The notes beneath the pieces are model-generated. The model had not been told where the DNA came from. It did not search any database and worked only from the letters and a program-made list of their open reading frames with translations. Made by a program: the position numbers and the translations under genes. DNA of 61,060 bases, counting the filler, from Circinaria calcarea (Eukaryota), in the NCBI GenBank assembly GCA_051942165.1. It is 13 parts of 13 records of this genome, joined end to end, with 100 filler letters (N's around TTAATTAATTAA, not from the genome) between each part and the next. Parts side by side here need not be neighbours in the genome. Positions count along the whole stretch, not along the records: positions 23,563 to 28,169 come from JAVECS010002256.1; positions 28,270 to 32,876 come from JAVECS010002257.1; positions 32,977 to 37,581 come from JAVECS010002258.1; 10 more parts are not named here. One strand, 5' to 3'. How positions within the stretch are numbered: the stretch's first letter is position 1; each line of letters starts with the position of its first letter. Below, in pieces: positions 25,539 to 36,750 of this stretch.

Positions 25539-25757
25539 CCCGAGCTTCACCATCTGCACAACGTCGATGGCCGAGGGAGTCCGTGTAGGTTATTCCGGAC
25601 CCACACTTGATGCAGTATGCACAATCTCTAAGCGATGCAGCAGTCGTTGCAATTATGACGTTGATACTCTCATGACATGTACATAAAGACACCTGTCGAC
25701 ATCGGGTCCTGACCGTCAAGGAAATCTGCTGTCGAGTCCTCACACTGCTCAGCCATC

Positions 25758-27506
25758 ATGCCAGATCAAGAAATTGTGACCCTGGAGTCCCTTCCAGAAC
25801 TTCTCCAAGCAGACAACAAGGTGAAGCTGGGCGGCATCGATGTCGATGGCATCGTGCGGGGCAAATTGGTCTCGAAGAAAAAGTTCCTCTCCATCGCAAA
25901 GGATGGCTTCGGCTTCTGCTCGGTCATCTTCGGCTGGGACATGCACGATGAGATATACTTCAAGGAGCTGAAGATCAGCAACAAGGAGAACGGATACAAA
26001 GACTTGCTGGCTAGGATAGATCTGAGCAGCTTCAGGAGGATACCTTGGGAGGATGACGTGCCATTCTTCCTCATCAGCTTCTCCGACCCAGATACCCGTC
26101 AGCCGCTCAGTGCATGCTCGAGAAGCCTCTTGAAGACAACGGCAGGGAAGTTGGCGAAACAGGGCTTCAGTGCACTGGCGGGAGGTGAGTTCGTTCAAGT
26201 TCGAGGGGGCTAGTTTCTATACGACCCGAAATAGGTTGATACTGATCCATGTCTCGCTTTCTGCCAGCTGAGTATGAGTTCTACCAATTTCGGGCACCCC
26301 AACATCTGGACGTACTTTCTACGGAACGCAACTCGGCATCGACCGCAAAATTTCTTAAGGACAATCCCTTTAGCAAGCTTCCACCTCTCACCGAGGGAAT
26401 GTTTGGCTACAGCTTGACAAGGCCCGTTCAAAATCAAGAATACTATTACGGCATATTTGACGCGTGTGAAAAATTCAAATGTGGCATCGAGGGATGGCAT
26501 ACAGAAAGCGGTCCAGGTGTTTTCGAAGCGGTAGGCTATCTCATCTTCTCCATACCAACTCACCTTTAGAGCGCTGAAAACTACCCTTCCACAGGCACTG
26601 GAGTTTGGCGAAATCAAGCAAATGGCTGACAAGGCCGCATTATTCAAGTCGGTAGTTCCCGCCTCCGTCTCCGTCTTCCTTCCCTCTCTTCTCTTTCCGC
26701 TACTAAACGCCCTTTTTGTATGCTAGATTCCTCGTCAAATGCCTTGGATCCAAATATGGTATAACCCCTTGTTTCATGGCCAAACCCCGCCAAGGCCTCC
26801 CCGGTAGTTCTGGCCACATGCACGTCTCTATTGTCGACAAATCCGGCAAGAACTTATTCTACCGTGACTCCAGAGATCCCAACCCTCCTTACCCTGATCT
26901 TATCCACGTATCTGATATGGGCCGGCATTTTCTCGCTGGCTTACTGGATGGGCTGCCAGACGTCATGCCGATGATCGCTCCAACCGTGAACTCATACAAA
27001 AGGCTCGTCGAAAATTTCTGGGCACCGGTTACCGTATCTTGGGGTTTAGAACACCGGTCAGCATCGATCCGACTAATCGCACCTCCCACCGCGAGTCCCA
27101 AGGCTACGAGGTTCGAAGTCCGTGTCCCAGGTGCAGACGCGAATCCCCACCTCGTGCTCGCTGCGATTTTAGCCCTAGGCTGGCGAGGCATAGAAAAGAA
27201 AATGAAGGTGGCTGTCCCGCCCCTAGGGAAGGGAGAAGATGTTGCCGTGGCGGGGACTACTGGAGTGAGACTCGCGAAGAGTCTAAAGGAAGCTACTGCC
27301 ACATTCATGGCGAAGGAGAGTGTGGCCAGAGAGGTTTTCGGAGATGAATTCGTCGAGCATTTTGGCGGTACGAGGGAACATGAAGTCAGGCTTTGGGATG
27401 AGGCCGTCACGGATTGGTGAGTAATTTGTTCGGTTTTAGTCGTATACGACAACCAGCTGACAACGCGAACTTTAGGGAGGTGAAGAGATATATCGAGACA
27501 GTGTAA
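25758..27506 (+). CDS. Type I glutamine-synthetase-like gamma-glutamyl-amine ligase (GlnA4/PuuA-like), 5 exons
   Basis: GIDVDGIVRGK, AEYEFYQF, EGWHTESGPGVFE, GSSGHMHVS, NSYKRL, WGLEHRSASIR, RFEVRVPGADANPHL, VTDW|EVKRYIETV*; unlike eukaryotic GSII. Confidence 0.9.
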
Positions 27507-28269
27507 GCTGCGGCATTACGTGGAAAGTCGGTTCTTGGTAGACGGATAGATTTCGGCTAAATCCCGCTGGGTGCTACTTGGCAACAAATAGCTGATAGCC
27601 CTACATCCCTTTGCTGGTAGACTCGACGATAGAGCCTTATGCATTAGACTTTTTGATATCTTATCCTCAATGCACGTTCCCGCATCTACTCGAGCTATGA
27701 AAAATAATCAAATTCACGCTCTAAAACACAATGTGCCATGTATGAACCTAGAGCCCTCATTACCATTGTAAAGCATCTAACCTAGAGTAACGCTCCCGGA
27801 CTACTACTGCCGCCGGCGGTTTGGGGTTCATTCCAAAGGCCAAGGGCGATCTTCTCCTCGAAATTACCACAAATTTCAGCTCGTCGTGAGTCGTGAGTCG
27901 TGGTTGAGGAAATAGAAAAGGAGGCCTTGCGGGATGCAGATACCGGATATCGGGCGAGCCGAGAGTGTAAATCTTGCCAATTTGCTTTTTTTGCGCGTTA
28001 CACGGACTCCCGGTGTAAAGTGTTCAACGAAGGCTTTTGGGGCATGCAAGAGTGTGAAGGGTGCTTTGCATTTCTATGTGTGCGTGCTCGCCTTTTATGC
28101 TATGGAAGGCAATACGCGTCGCTAAGCTTGATCGGGTCTACAGTTTGGGGGGGGGGGGGGGGGGGGGTCNNNNNNNNNNNNNNNNNNNNNNNNNNNNNNN
28201 NNNNNNNNNNNNNTTAATTAATTAANNNNNNNNNNNNNNNNNNNNNNNNNNNNNNNNNNNNNNNNNNNN

Positions 28270-28869
28270 GCCCCCCACCCCGAAATCACCTATCCCGCAG
28301 GCTTCCAACTCCAGCCTTCAGACCCACCATGGACATGCGAAATGCTCATGGTCGCTGTACGCGAGCAACACGCGCCAGCCGTCGAGTACCTTCTCGAGAT
28401 GTTTCCCGCCGCCGAAATCAGTACCGGCGTCATTGACGCCGCCCTCTCCCACCGCAGCATCCCGACCTGGACCCGACTCCTCGCACACGACCGCTCGTTT
28501 CTCAACCGGGAGAAGGACGAAAGCCAATCCACGCCCTTTTCCCAGGCGTGCTGGGGCTCGGAGCCGGCCTTGCCGTTGCTCATGCTCGAGTATGGCGCGG
28601 ATCCCAACATCGGTGGGTTCGGGCGCCTGTCGAATCTCACGATTGCTATGAAGGAGCAGCCGGTTGAACTGATTGGAGAATTTATCAAAAAAGGGACGGA
28701 GCTTAAAGGGGAGCTCATCAACGCGGTTCGCTACGATCGTTTGGATGTTGTCGAGTACTTATTAGATAGTGGGGTCACGCTTGACGAGATTCAGGGGGAT
28801 GCTATGGCGGCAGCGGAAAAGGAGGGAAAAAAGGATATCTTTGAGATTCTGAAAAAGCATACGCAATAA
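28270..28869 (+). CDS. Ankyrin-repeat protein, 5'-truncated
   Basis: TPFSQAC...LMLEYGADPN, AVRYDRLDVVEYLLDSGV, AAEKEGKKDIFEIL. Confidence 0.75.
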   Translation, partial: APHPEITYPAGFQLQPSDPPWTCEMLMVAVREQHAPAVEYLLEMFPAAEISTGVIDAALSHRSIPTWTRLLAHDRSFLNREKDESQSTPFSQACWGSEPALPLLMLEYGADPNIGGFGRLSNLTIAMKEQPVELIGEFIKKGTELKGELINAVRYDRLDVVEYLLDSGVTLDEIQGDAMAAAEKEGKKDIFEILKKHTQ

Positions 28870-29739
28870 AAAACAAGGAATCATTAAAGTCCCCCCCAGA
28901 AAACAGGACGGAGTACCCACTAGGCCCACCAAAAGGTAAGCGCTAATGGAATTTGAATCTAATTCTAGTCATATACTCCCCGTCCGTACGCTATAAAAGC
29001 GCAATGTACGTCTTCACGATTTATCTATATAAATAAAGTGAACCCGGCGAATTTAAATTGCATACAGATACTGGAACCGACCTTTAATTCTCGTAACTAT
29101 TTTACTAAAAACCCTGGGCGTTGCCGAATCAGCCAGAAAAACAAGCGATTGCTACCATATAATTGGACGGGGGAAACAACGCTAATTAGAACTGTGGCCT
29201 TTCGCTCCACATTTCAGCCATCCCCCCCCCCACACGGTCTACGCATACATTTCTCTTGACTCTTGACACTTGACTCTCTGCACGCATAGTGTCACATGGT
29301 ATCACAGTAGCTTTCATTCATACATGTATTCTCCAGTTTATACCGTGGTCGTGGAGCCCATTGAAAAGACGTAGCGGAACGCCCCCTCCCTGCAATGCAA
29401 CCTCCTTTTTCTCCGGGCGGCTGTAAATTTGTTTTTTTGTAGATTTTTTTTGGGTTTTTGGAATGGAGTTCAACATAGGAATTAATATTTCATAGTAAGA
29501 AAAGAAAAGTTGGGGGAAATAGGCCCCTTTTTATGAAATAAGCAAAAGAAATCAATCGCAAATGCCCCCTACTGGAACCCCCTCCAATTCCCCCCTTTAT
29601 AACGCCACCCGGGGGCATATTGAAATCTAAGCACTTAGTCCCGCTAACTAGCAGGTTCTGGTGTCCTTGCTGCGAGAATAATGGGAGGAAAACTCGGGAT
29701 GGATAGCAACGTTGGTGGCGGTAGCGGCGCTGATGGCGG

Positions 29740-30683
29740 TTAACCTCCACCAGGAGGCTGGACCGGCTTTTTGAAAATTCGTTAGCGTCAGATCTGGGGG
29801 AAAGATGTTGATAAAATGATGCGAGACCCAAAAAAACACAAATGGAGTTCCGATCAAAAAGGAAGGCGGGGGGGGAACCTACTTGGGAATCTGCAGTACT
29901 TTCCGGAAGCTTTGAGTACTTTGGATCATTAGGTAACCAGGCAGTCTTCCTCTGATAAGGAGCAGCGTTGACGACTTCGGTGACCTTGGTGACGGCGGTG
30001 TTACGCTGTAAGGTGGGGAATTCATTGTGACGCCAGACATTAGCCGCCTCGCCGGGTCGGTTTCTCGGCGTGGTATAGGCACCACGATCAGCCGGGGCAA
30101 CGAGGAATACTTCCCCGTTGGACAATTCGGCCATGGCTTGGCCGAAGCGAGCAACCAGGAGAGTCTGTCGGGGTCCGGTCGCAACATCGACGATTTTGTT
30201 AACTTTGAGGAACTATTCTTCCGGTAGAGCGTCGTTGAACATGTTCCCCTGAGGGTTTAGAGAGTCACGGAATGCCCTGGCCTGTGGCGTGGCGGCTCCA
30301 AAGGAGTAGAATATGGTCGGTCCAGTCTTGCCAATGTTGCCGCAGCGTTGCATGTCTGTCTTGATATCTTTGACAGTCGGGAAATCTTTGCCTTTTTGCG
30401 CAGATTGCCAAGAACCGGTATCCTTCTTGGCACATGATTTCCATTTATCGGTATCTCTGCTTTGGAAGGTCAGGATAGACTTCACCCCTGGAACTGCTGA
30501 AGAGGTGGATGAAGAAGAAGAAGAAGGATCGGTGCCTCGATCGACAAGGTCGGGACGGGAAGAATCTCCTAGGGAGTCCTCAACTATGGCTGGCAAGGAG
30601 AGGCCAAGCGCTGTAAAAAGGAAGACGACGTATATAGAGAAGAGCCCAGCTCTTTGAAAAATAAACATGCTTTGAGAATCCAA
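29740..30683 (-). pseudogene. Secreted ADP-ribosyl-cyclase (Tox-ARC/CD38)-like protein with one in-frame TAG at 30213-30215
   Basis: Signal peptide; TIFYS..MFNDALPEE*FLKV..FGQAMAELSNGEVFLV..NVWRHNEFPTLQRNTAVTKV in one frame; intron 29882-29767 then PVQPPGGG*. Confidence 0.55.
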
Positions 30684-31472
30684 TGCACGGTAGAATTTTC
30701 CGAGGAATATAAATCGAGCATGCCGAGTAAATATTTAGAAAGATTAAGTAGGGTTTTATAAAGAAAAGTAATAGTTATCTCAAATGTGATAACAAAATCG
30801 ATATATGCCCTGCATGTATCACGCATCTTGTCCCACCAACAAAAAGAACCAAGGGGCGAAACCACAGCCTTTTTCCGAGTTCATCGCCAATCTTCTTTTT
30901 TGGTGGACAAGGCTCGAACGACTCTCACGCTCCAGCTGTTTTATTTGGGTGGGGGGAGCGACGATGCCTTTCCAAAATAGTGGACTCAACGACGGTTGTG
31001 CATGCAGCTAAACAGTTTCATTGGAACCACGTTTACATGTCCCCCCATTGTCATTTTAATCAGCTATACAACATTGGAGATTGCGGCGGGATTAGTTTCA
31101 CATTCAGCGACATTAAAGAATCAGGACAAAAGGAAAATCAGAGGCGTATGCAGGGGGCACATTTTAAAAAAAATGGATAGAAGGCAGTAACGCACTCTGT
31201 CACGTGAGTATGTATATGCAGCTTTCGAGTTGAAATACGGTGTATTGGTAATAGCTAAATTTGCTATGACTTATAGTCATAGCACCCAATAGGGCTTAGC
31301 GTAATAATGGTAGAATATATTTCTTTGCCAGCAGAGCGTACCATAGCTAATTAAATCATCTTCAATGCAATAGTGGTTCCACCAATAAGTCGTGTAATAG
31401 ACACTTACCCATACGTTTCAACTCGTCGGTTATTTTTTAATATTATTTTACCATCACCGTCACCGTCACGTA

Positions 31473-31628
31473 CGCTACGCCACGGGTTGGGTCGGGTTGG
31501 GTTTGGGTTTCGAAGCTCGGAAACCGTACCCATTTGCCACTGGGTTCAATTAAGCAATGGGTTGGGTTCGGGTTGGGTTATATCCAACCCCAAACCCCGA
31601 AACCTTACCCAAACCCCGTGGTGCAGCG
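31473..31628. mobile_element. MITE-like element with ~28 bp imperfect TIRs, flanked by TA on both sides
   Basis: TA|CGCTACGCCACGGGTTGGGTCGGGTT ... AAACCTTACCCAAACCCCGTGGTGCAGCG|TA; internal GGGTT/AACCC motifs; no ORF. Confidence 0.7.
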
Positions 31629-31780
31629 TAAATTCTTGGGGATTTTTCCACACAAATACCTCCAACGTAGCTATTCTATTGTATCCTTTAACCGCGTCAG
31701 ACGGCATAACGCAGTTTAAAGCCTTTTAATAAAAATTTATAAATGTATCCCTGTAAGAGACAAGTCCGTCACATACCACT

Positions 31781-32206
31781 ATGGAGCTCAAAAGACCTCC
31801 TTATCCACATTATAACCCACATACATTTTGCGTCCGCTCCATAATACCAGGATATAAAGAGCTCGCAGCTCCCCCGATTCCCCTCCATCGCCCCATCTTC
31901 TTTTCTAGCTTTGCTATGGTCGAAACAGAGGAGCGGATGCGTGCATATAATTTGAAGTATGGTATAAGAAACAAGGCCAGAGTAGGTAGGGAGACTCCGG
32001 CCGACCAGAACACACCAGAGTACTTATATATTCTAATGCACGGACAAGTTCTGATGTGGAGTAATAAGGATCAGGGTCATGTATCATTTAAATATCACGG
32101 CCTTGGTGTATTCGAGCCGGCGGAGTCTGTACACATGCACGTGCCTGAATTTGCAACGGTATATGGTGACTTTCCGTTCCTTGGGGCGGAGAAGACTACG
32201 GGTTAA
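31781..32206 (+). CDS. Hypothetical small protein (start may be the downstream MVETEERM)
   Basis: 141 aa ORF with globular-looking composition; no family recognised. Confidence 0.3.
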   Translation: MELKRPPYPHYNPHTFCVRSIIPGYKELAAPPIPLHRPIFFSSFAMVETEERMRAYNLKYGIRNKARVGRETPADQNTPEYLYILMHGQVLMWSNKDQGHVSFKYHGLGVFEPAESVHMHVPEFATVYGDFPFLGAEKTTG

Positions 32207-32455
32207 ACAGCAAAGATACCCGCCTGTTCGGAGGGAAGTCTCCAATGGATACTGATTTCGTCTGTATTGTTATAAAGACCCATCCCGCGGCTAACTCCAG
32301 TTACATCATACATGCACATCTCTCAAACTTCTGAACGCTAATCCCGAATTGAATTGATTGATGTCGTATTCCAGTGCTATGTGTCTCCGAGTGCGAAAAG
32401 CTTGGGTGATAACTCCGCGAGAATATATATAGTACCACATGATAAGCGACCTGGC

Positions 32456-32876
32456 TTAAATCACAATGTACTCTCCATCCACAGTATCCATTGCCTTCCT
32501 CCACTTGAAACCTTCCCCTCCCACCAACCCCATTTCCACCTCATCCCTTTCGCTATTTTGCCATATTTTCTCCAATAATTCCAAACCCGAAATGTTATTG
32601 AAGAACCCCGAGTCCTTTTGGATATCCAGACATCTCCCTCGGATCAAAGCACGATGTTTCTCATCCACACATTCCGTCCCGGTGATAAAGAGAGGCCAGA
32701 GGAGATAGACGTCCGACTTGACATTGCTGATATGACACAGGGACTGCCCAACCAGGTTCTGGAAATTTGCATGCGACGAAGGGAGTTGGGGATACGCAAG
32801 TCGCTCCGTGTAGAGCAAGGCTGAGTAGCGGAAGGATTCGGAAATATGCTCAAGGTCACGGCGGTTAACTTCGAGA
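32456..32876 (-). CDS. C-terminus of a Zn2Cys6-class transcription factor (Fungal_trans_2 domain, Acr-2-like), 5'-truncated
   Basis: LLWPLFITGTEC...GFFNNISGLELLEKIW...FKWRKAM..GEYIVI*. Confidence 0.8.
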
Positions 32877-33238
32877 NNNNNNNNNNNNNNNNNNNNNNNN
32901 NNNNNNNNNNNNNNNNNNNNTTAATTAATTAANNNNNNNNNNNNNNNNNNNNNNNNNNNNNNNNNNNNNNNNNNNNTGTTGGGAGAGAGAAAGGGGAAAC
33001 ATTCGGGGAGCATGGTGTTAAATCTGATATCAAGAAGTATAACCCATATTTTTCAAGGTTTAAGTTCTTGGAATATTAAAGGTATGGTAGGGAAGGACTC
33101 AAGCAACGCATTAAGACGGTATTCAATGTGTACGCAATAGTCAATATATTGTGTAACGTGTACATAAGACGTATAGTTCGCAAAGTGCTGAGAAGAGCTT
33201 CGTCGGGAATGAGCAAATCACAGCTACTGTTCAATAGC

Positions 33239-33353
33239 TTTCTACTCCCAAAAATTTTGAGTGGAATACTTTCTAACTTCTGGGCGGGAACCCCTCGTTT
33301 AAAACTACAAACAATTGAGCACCTTCCTCCGCTAGTTAGGAAACTGCCCCACA
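33239..33353 (-). repeat. Dispersed ~113 bp element, copy A
   Basis: Reverse complement matches 38980-39091 in blocks TTTGTAGTwTTArACGAGGGGTTCC and ATTCCACTCAAAATTTTTGGkAGTAGAAA. Confidence 0.8.
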
Positions 33354-33831
33354 GTGCGAAGCCAAGGGGAAAACTCTGCAGCCCACGCTAGTACTAATAT
33401 GGGCAATACAGAAATTCTGCATAGCATACGGTATGCTTGGCTCTCTATTTAACATGGAAGAGTTTCCAAGGGGGCATGTATGGGCACCTTCAGCTATCCA
33501 CGAGGACCGCATAATCTTCTGGCACAATTCTATGCTCTGCAATTCGAAGAGTATTATAATACTTTGAGAGTTGGAGGATGTGTTCTCAACCATCTCGTCA
33601 GCTCTAGGGACTGACCAAAGTCATCTATTGAACAAAGACTATGGAAACGACAGTTTTGTACAAGTATCAACCAGCAATAGAGTACAGATAGCCAAAAGGA
33701 GCATTGCCGTTCCTGGCCAGTAGCGGCGTGAAGAAATGAGAGTAGCATCGTTGAAGTTCATCCAAAGGTGGGTCATCTCGTCCTAAATTTCATCAGCGTC
33801 AAGGAAAGCGTCGAGCTTTTCATCCGAAACC

Positions 33832-35284
33832 TTAGTCGTCTTCATCGTAAAAGGAATGCCCATATATTGGTGTACGTGGGGATTGATAGTCAGCCATCGT
33901 AAATGCACCACCCGAGTCACCCTGGAGGGGATCACCTTGTCCAGACATATACTGATCGGGTTGATAGCCAGAAAAGGCAGAAGGAACACAGTCTAGCGAA
34001 AGAGGTGTCACATCTATGTTGCGTGAAGTGTTCAATGCGGGATAAAACCCACCCGGCAAATTGGGTCTCGGAGCGGCGGCCATCATCGCAAGATCAGGAC
34101 GTCTGGTCCACGACGTTGGAGCAAGGATTGTTTCGGTCCCCGTGGCAATAGTTCCCATCATGTTATAGGCGTCCATTGCAAGCCTATCTCCAGTTTTGAG
34201 TCCCTCCAGCTCCAATTCATGCTGCAACTCGTTGGTCGTCTCTTTAGACCACGAACAGGTTGACCAATCAGAAACACCCGCTCTCCCCAGCAGAAGCGAC
34301 CAAGGAACGACCACGTCCGGTTGTTTCAATAGCCCTAATATCATCGACGAGTGATTCCACTCCGACCTTTTCAACCCAGCGTCATAGTGCTTTGCAATAT
34401 GGTCAATTCGATTATCAAAAGTGGAAAGGGATTCACCACAGAAGCCACATCCCCATGCTCTCTTCTTCGGGAAGATAAACCGGCTGGTTTCTGCATGCGG
34501 ACAATCCACACCGCCGTGGTGTTTCTTGTGATGTCGGATGAATCTGTGCTTGGCGTGATACTTCTTATCGCATGTTGTACAAGTATATTCTTCCTGACCC
34601 TCATGGAACTCCTTCTCGTGACTCTTCCAGTCACCTTTCCGGCCGAAATCTTTATCGCAGGAAGTACAAAAATACCTTGTCGACGGTAAAGAAGGCCTCT
34701 CTTGGATGGCTGCAAGCCTTTTTAACTTTGAATGTCGGTACTCTTCGACATCGTTGCTGAAGTGCCCTTGGAGAGCGGGAACGGGTGGTTGATGATCGTC
34801 ATGAAACGAATCCAGCGATCGCCGAGTGTGTGAGGTTCTTGACGACGCAGCCGAGAAACCAGATGACCTAGTATTTGTACTTGAACCGAGCGAGTGGCGC
34901 TGCTGTGGGTGTTGTGGAGCGATTGGATTGCGATCTGAGAATGAGCCACGAGGTCAGCTAGGCGATCCACCAGTTGCACCGAGGCCTCTACTCACTTGGA
35001 TAGCGAGCATAGTCCAGCCACCTAAGTACGTCGTCGTCGGAGCAGTCTTTCAAGCATTGTATAGCTTGCCATTCCTTGCTTGGAGGAAATGGGGTTGTCT
35101 CTCCGTCCTCGTCCGGAACATCGAGATTCTGCTGCAAGGCTGTAGCGGAAGAGCTAGGCGCAAACTGTTGCGCAAGTCTTTTGTTGGTCGGGCGTCCCGA
35201 GCCTGTGCGTTTGAAAGGCGTGGACTGTAGGATTACTGGAGGTAGCTGTCCAGTTGACGTCGAGTCAGACGACGGCCCCTCCAT
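33832..35284 (-). CDS. C2H2 zinc-finger transcription factor, one intron
   Basis: MEGPSS..YARYP|N..YFCTSCDKDFGRKGDWKSHEKEFH, CTTCDKKYHAKHRFIRHHKKHH, AWGCGFC..RIDHIAKHY, WNHSSMILGLLKQP. Confidence 0.8.
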
Positions 35285-36610
35285 GATCAACAAATCCACG
35301 CCTTTTGACGAATGATATGTACGTAGACAAGCCAAGTCAAGGAAGTTACATTATATTAGAGAACGATGCACTCAATTAGCCTTACCACGTCGAGACGGTC
35401 CCATGGAGCAGGCCAAATCAAGCATAATGAGGGAGAGAAGATGAGACTATCATGTGAGCCAGAGGACGCGGGTAGAAGGGAAGGCTTGTTGGCAATTATA
35501 ACACAGGAAGCGAGAGAGCAGGACGGGGCATTTGGCCTATAGGCCTATCCTCCAGGTGTGGTCGACTCCTTGGCATTTGGCCGTATGTACATGAGTTCTG
35601 CCTCGTCGGCCTGGTCGGCCACTGGACGATTGGGTTCGACGTGAAGCCTTCGATGGCAGGGATGTTGGCGGCACAGCATGCCGACGGCATTCTTCAGGTC
35701 AGCCTGGTGGTCATTCCGGTGGTTTGGATTCGACAAGTCCTGCAGGTCAAGATGTGCCGTGGCTTGGAACTCGCAAAGTCCCAATCGCAGACCTAACCAT
35801 TCTGAGTAGGCATTGTATACACCATACCTACTGTAGATGGTTCCTGTCCCGGGAAACTGATCGGATCGAAATCCGGACAACCCCCGCATAACATATCTCC
35901 CACCGGTGGCCGTAGATGACCGACAAGCTTCTTCCGAGCTTCTCGAATCGTCTCATTTTCGGGTACGTAGAGTACAGCAGATTGGGACGCCACACATATG
36001 CCAAAGATACCAGGGCAGGATGGTTTGCGCGCCTCAAACCCTCCCCCCCTGAAGCAGGAGCCTTGGCGGGGGACGTCGAAGCCCATGCACGGTAATTAAA
36101 ATTTCCGGATTGTCACCCTTCAGCCAACAGTTTGGGTTTGCTTGATGATCGATGGTGCAACACCCCCACACCGTTGATCTCTCCGCAGCAGCAAAACCAC
36201 CAGGGCGTCGAATAAGTCCGAGTCCTCTTGGTCGGGCCCGATAGAGTTTTCCATGTCAGCACTTGACGCTTACCTGATGTGTGGAGGACGGGAAGTCGCA
36301 TGCAGTAATGCCGTCAACTCGCACCAACTTCCGCGTGAACTTTGAAGTTATTCCAATTTCCAAAAAGGAAAATAATGTGTGGCTTGAGGCTGTGGCTTGA
36401 GGCAGTAGTCGAAACGGGCAAGGTCTGTAAATAATAGCCGCCGCCAGTTACGGGCTTGGCGTTCAAACTTCATGGATTGCGTGGGAGATACACGTTTAGA
36501 CGAAGGATCCTTGTCCCGTAACATAGATGGAATCGATCATCTACCTACCTACTATCCGGATTCCACCCGGTTGTAGTCTATAAAGCCATTTCATACTCAA
36601 CGTCACTGTT

Positions 36611-36750
36611 ACTAATCGCAAAGACCCACTGTCGCAGAGACTACTATCGCAGAGACTGATGTCGCAGAGACTAGTGTCGCAGAGACTACTGTTGTAGAGA
36701 TTAACTATCGCAGAGACTACTGTTGTAGAGATTAACCGTCACAGAGATTA
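36611..36750. repeat. Minisatellite, ~15-bp unit (RTCGCAGAGACTACT), ~9 copies
   Basis: Direct reading; some copies are GTTGTAGAGATT (C-to-T variants). Confidence 0.9.

Noticed and set aside
28146..28167. Poly-G run at contig end
   Set aside because: Homopolymer at an assembly break, possibly a sequencing artefact.
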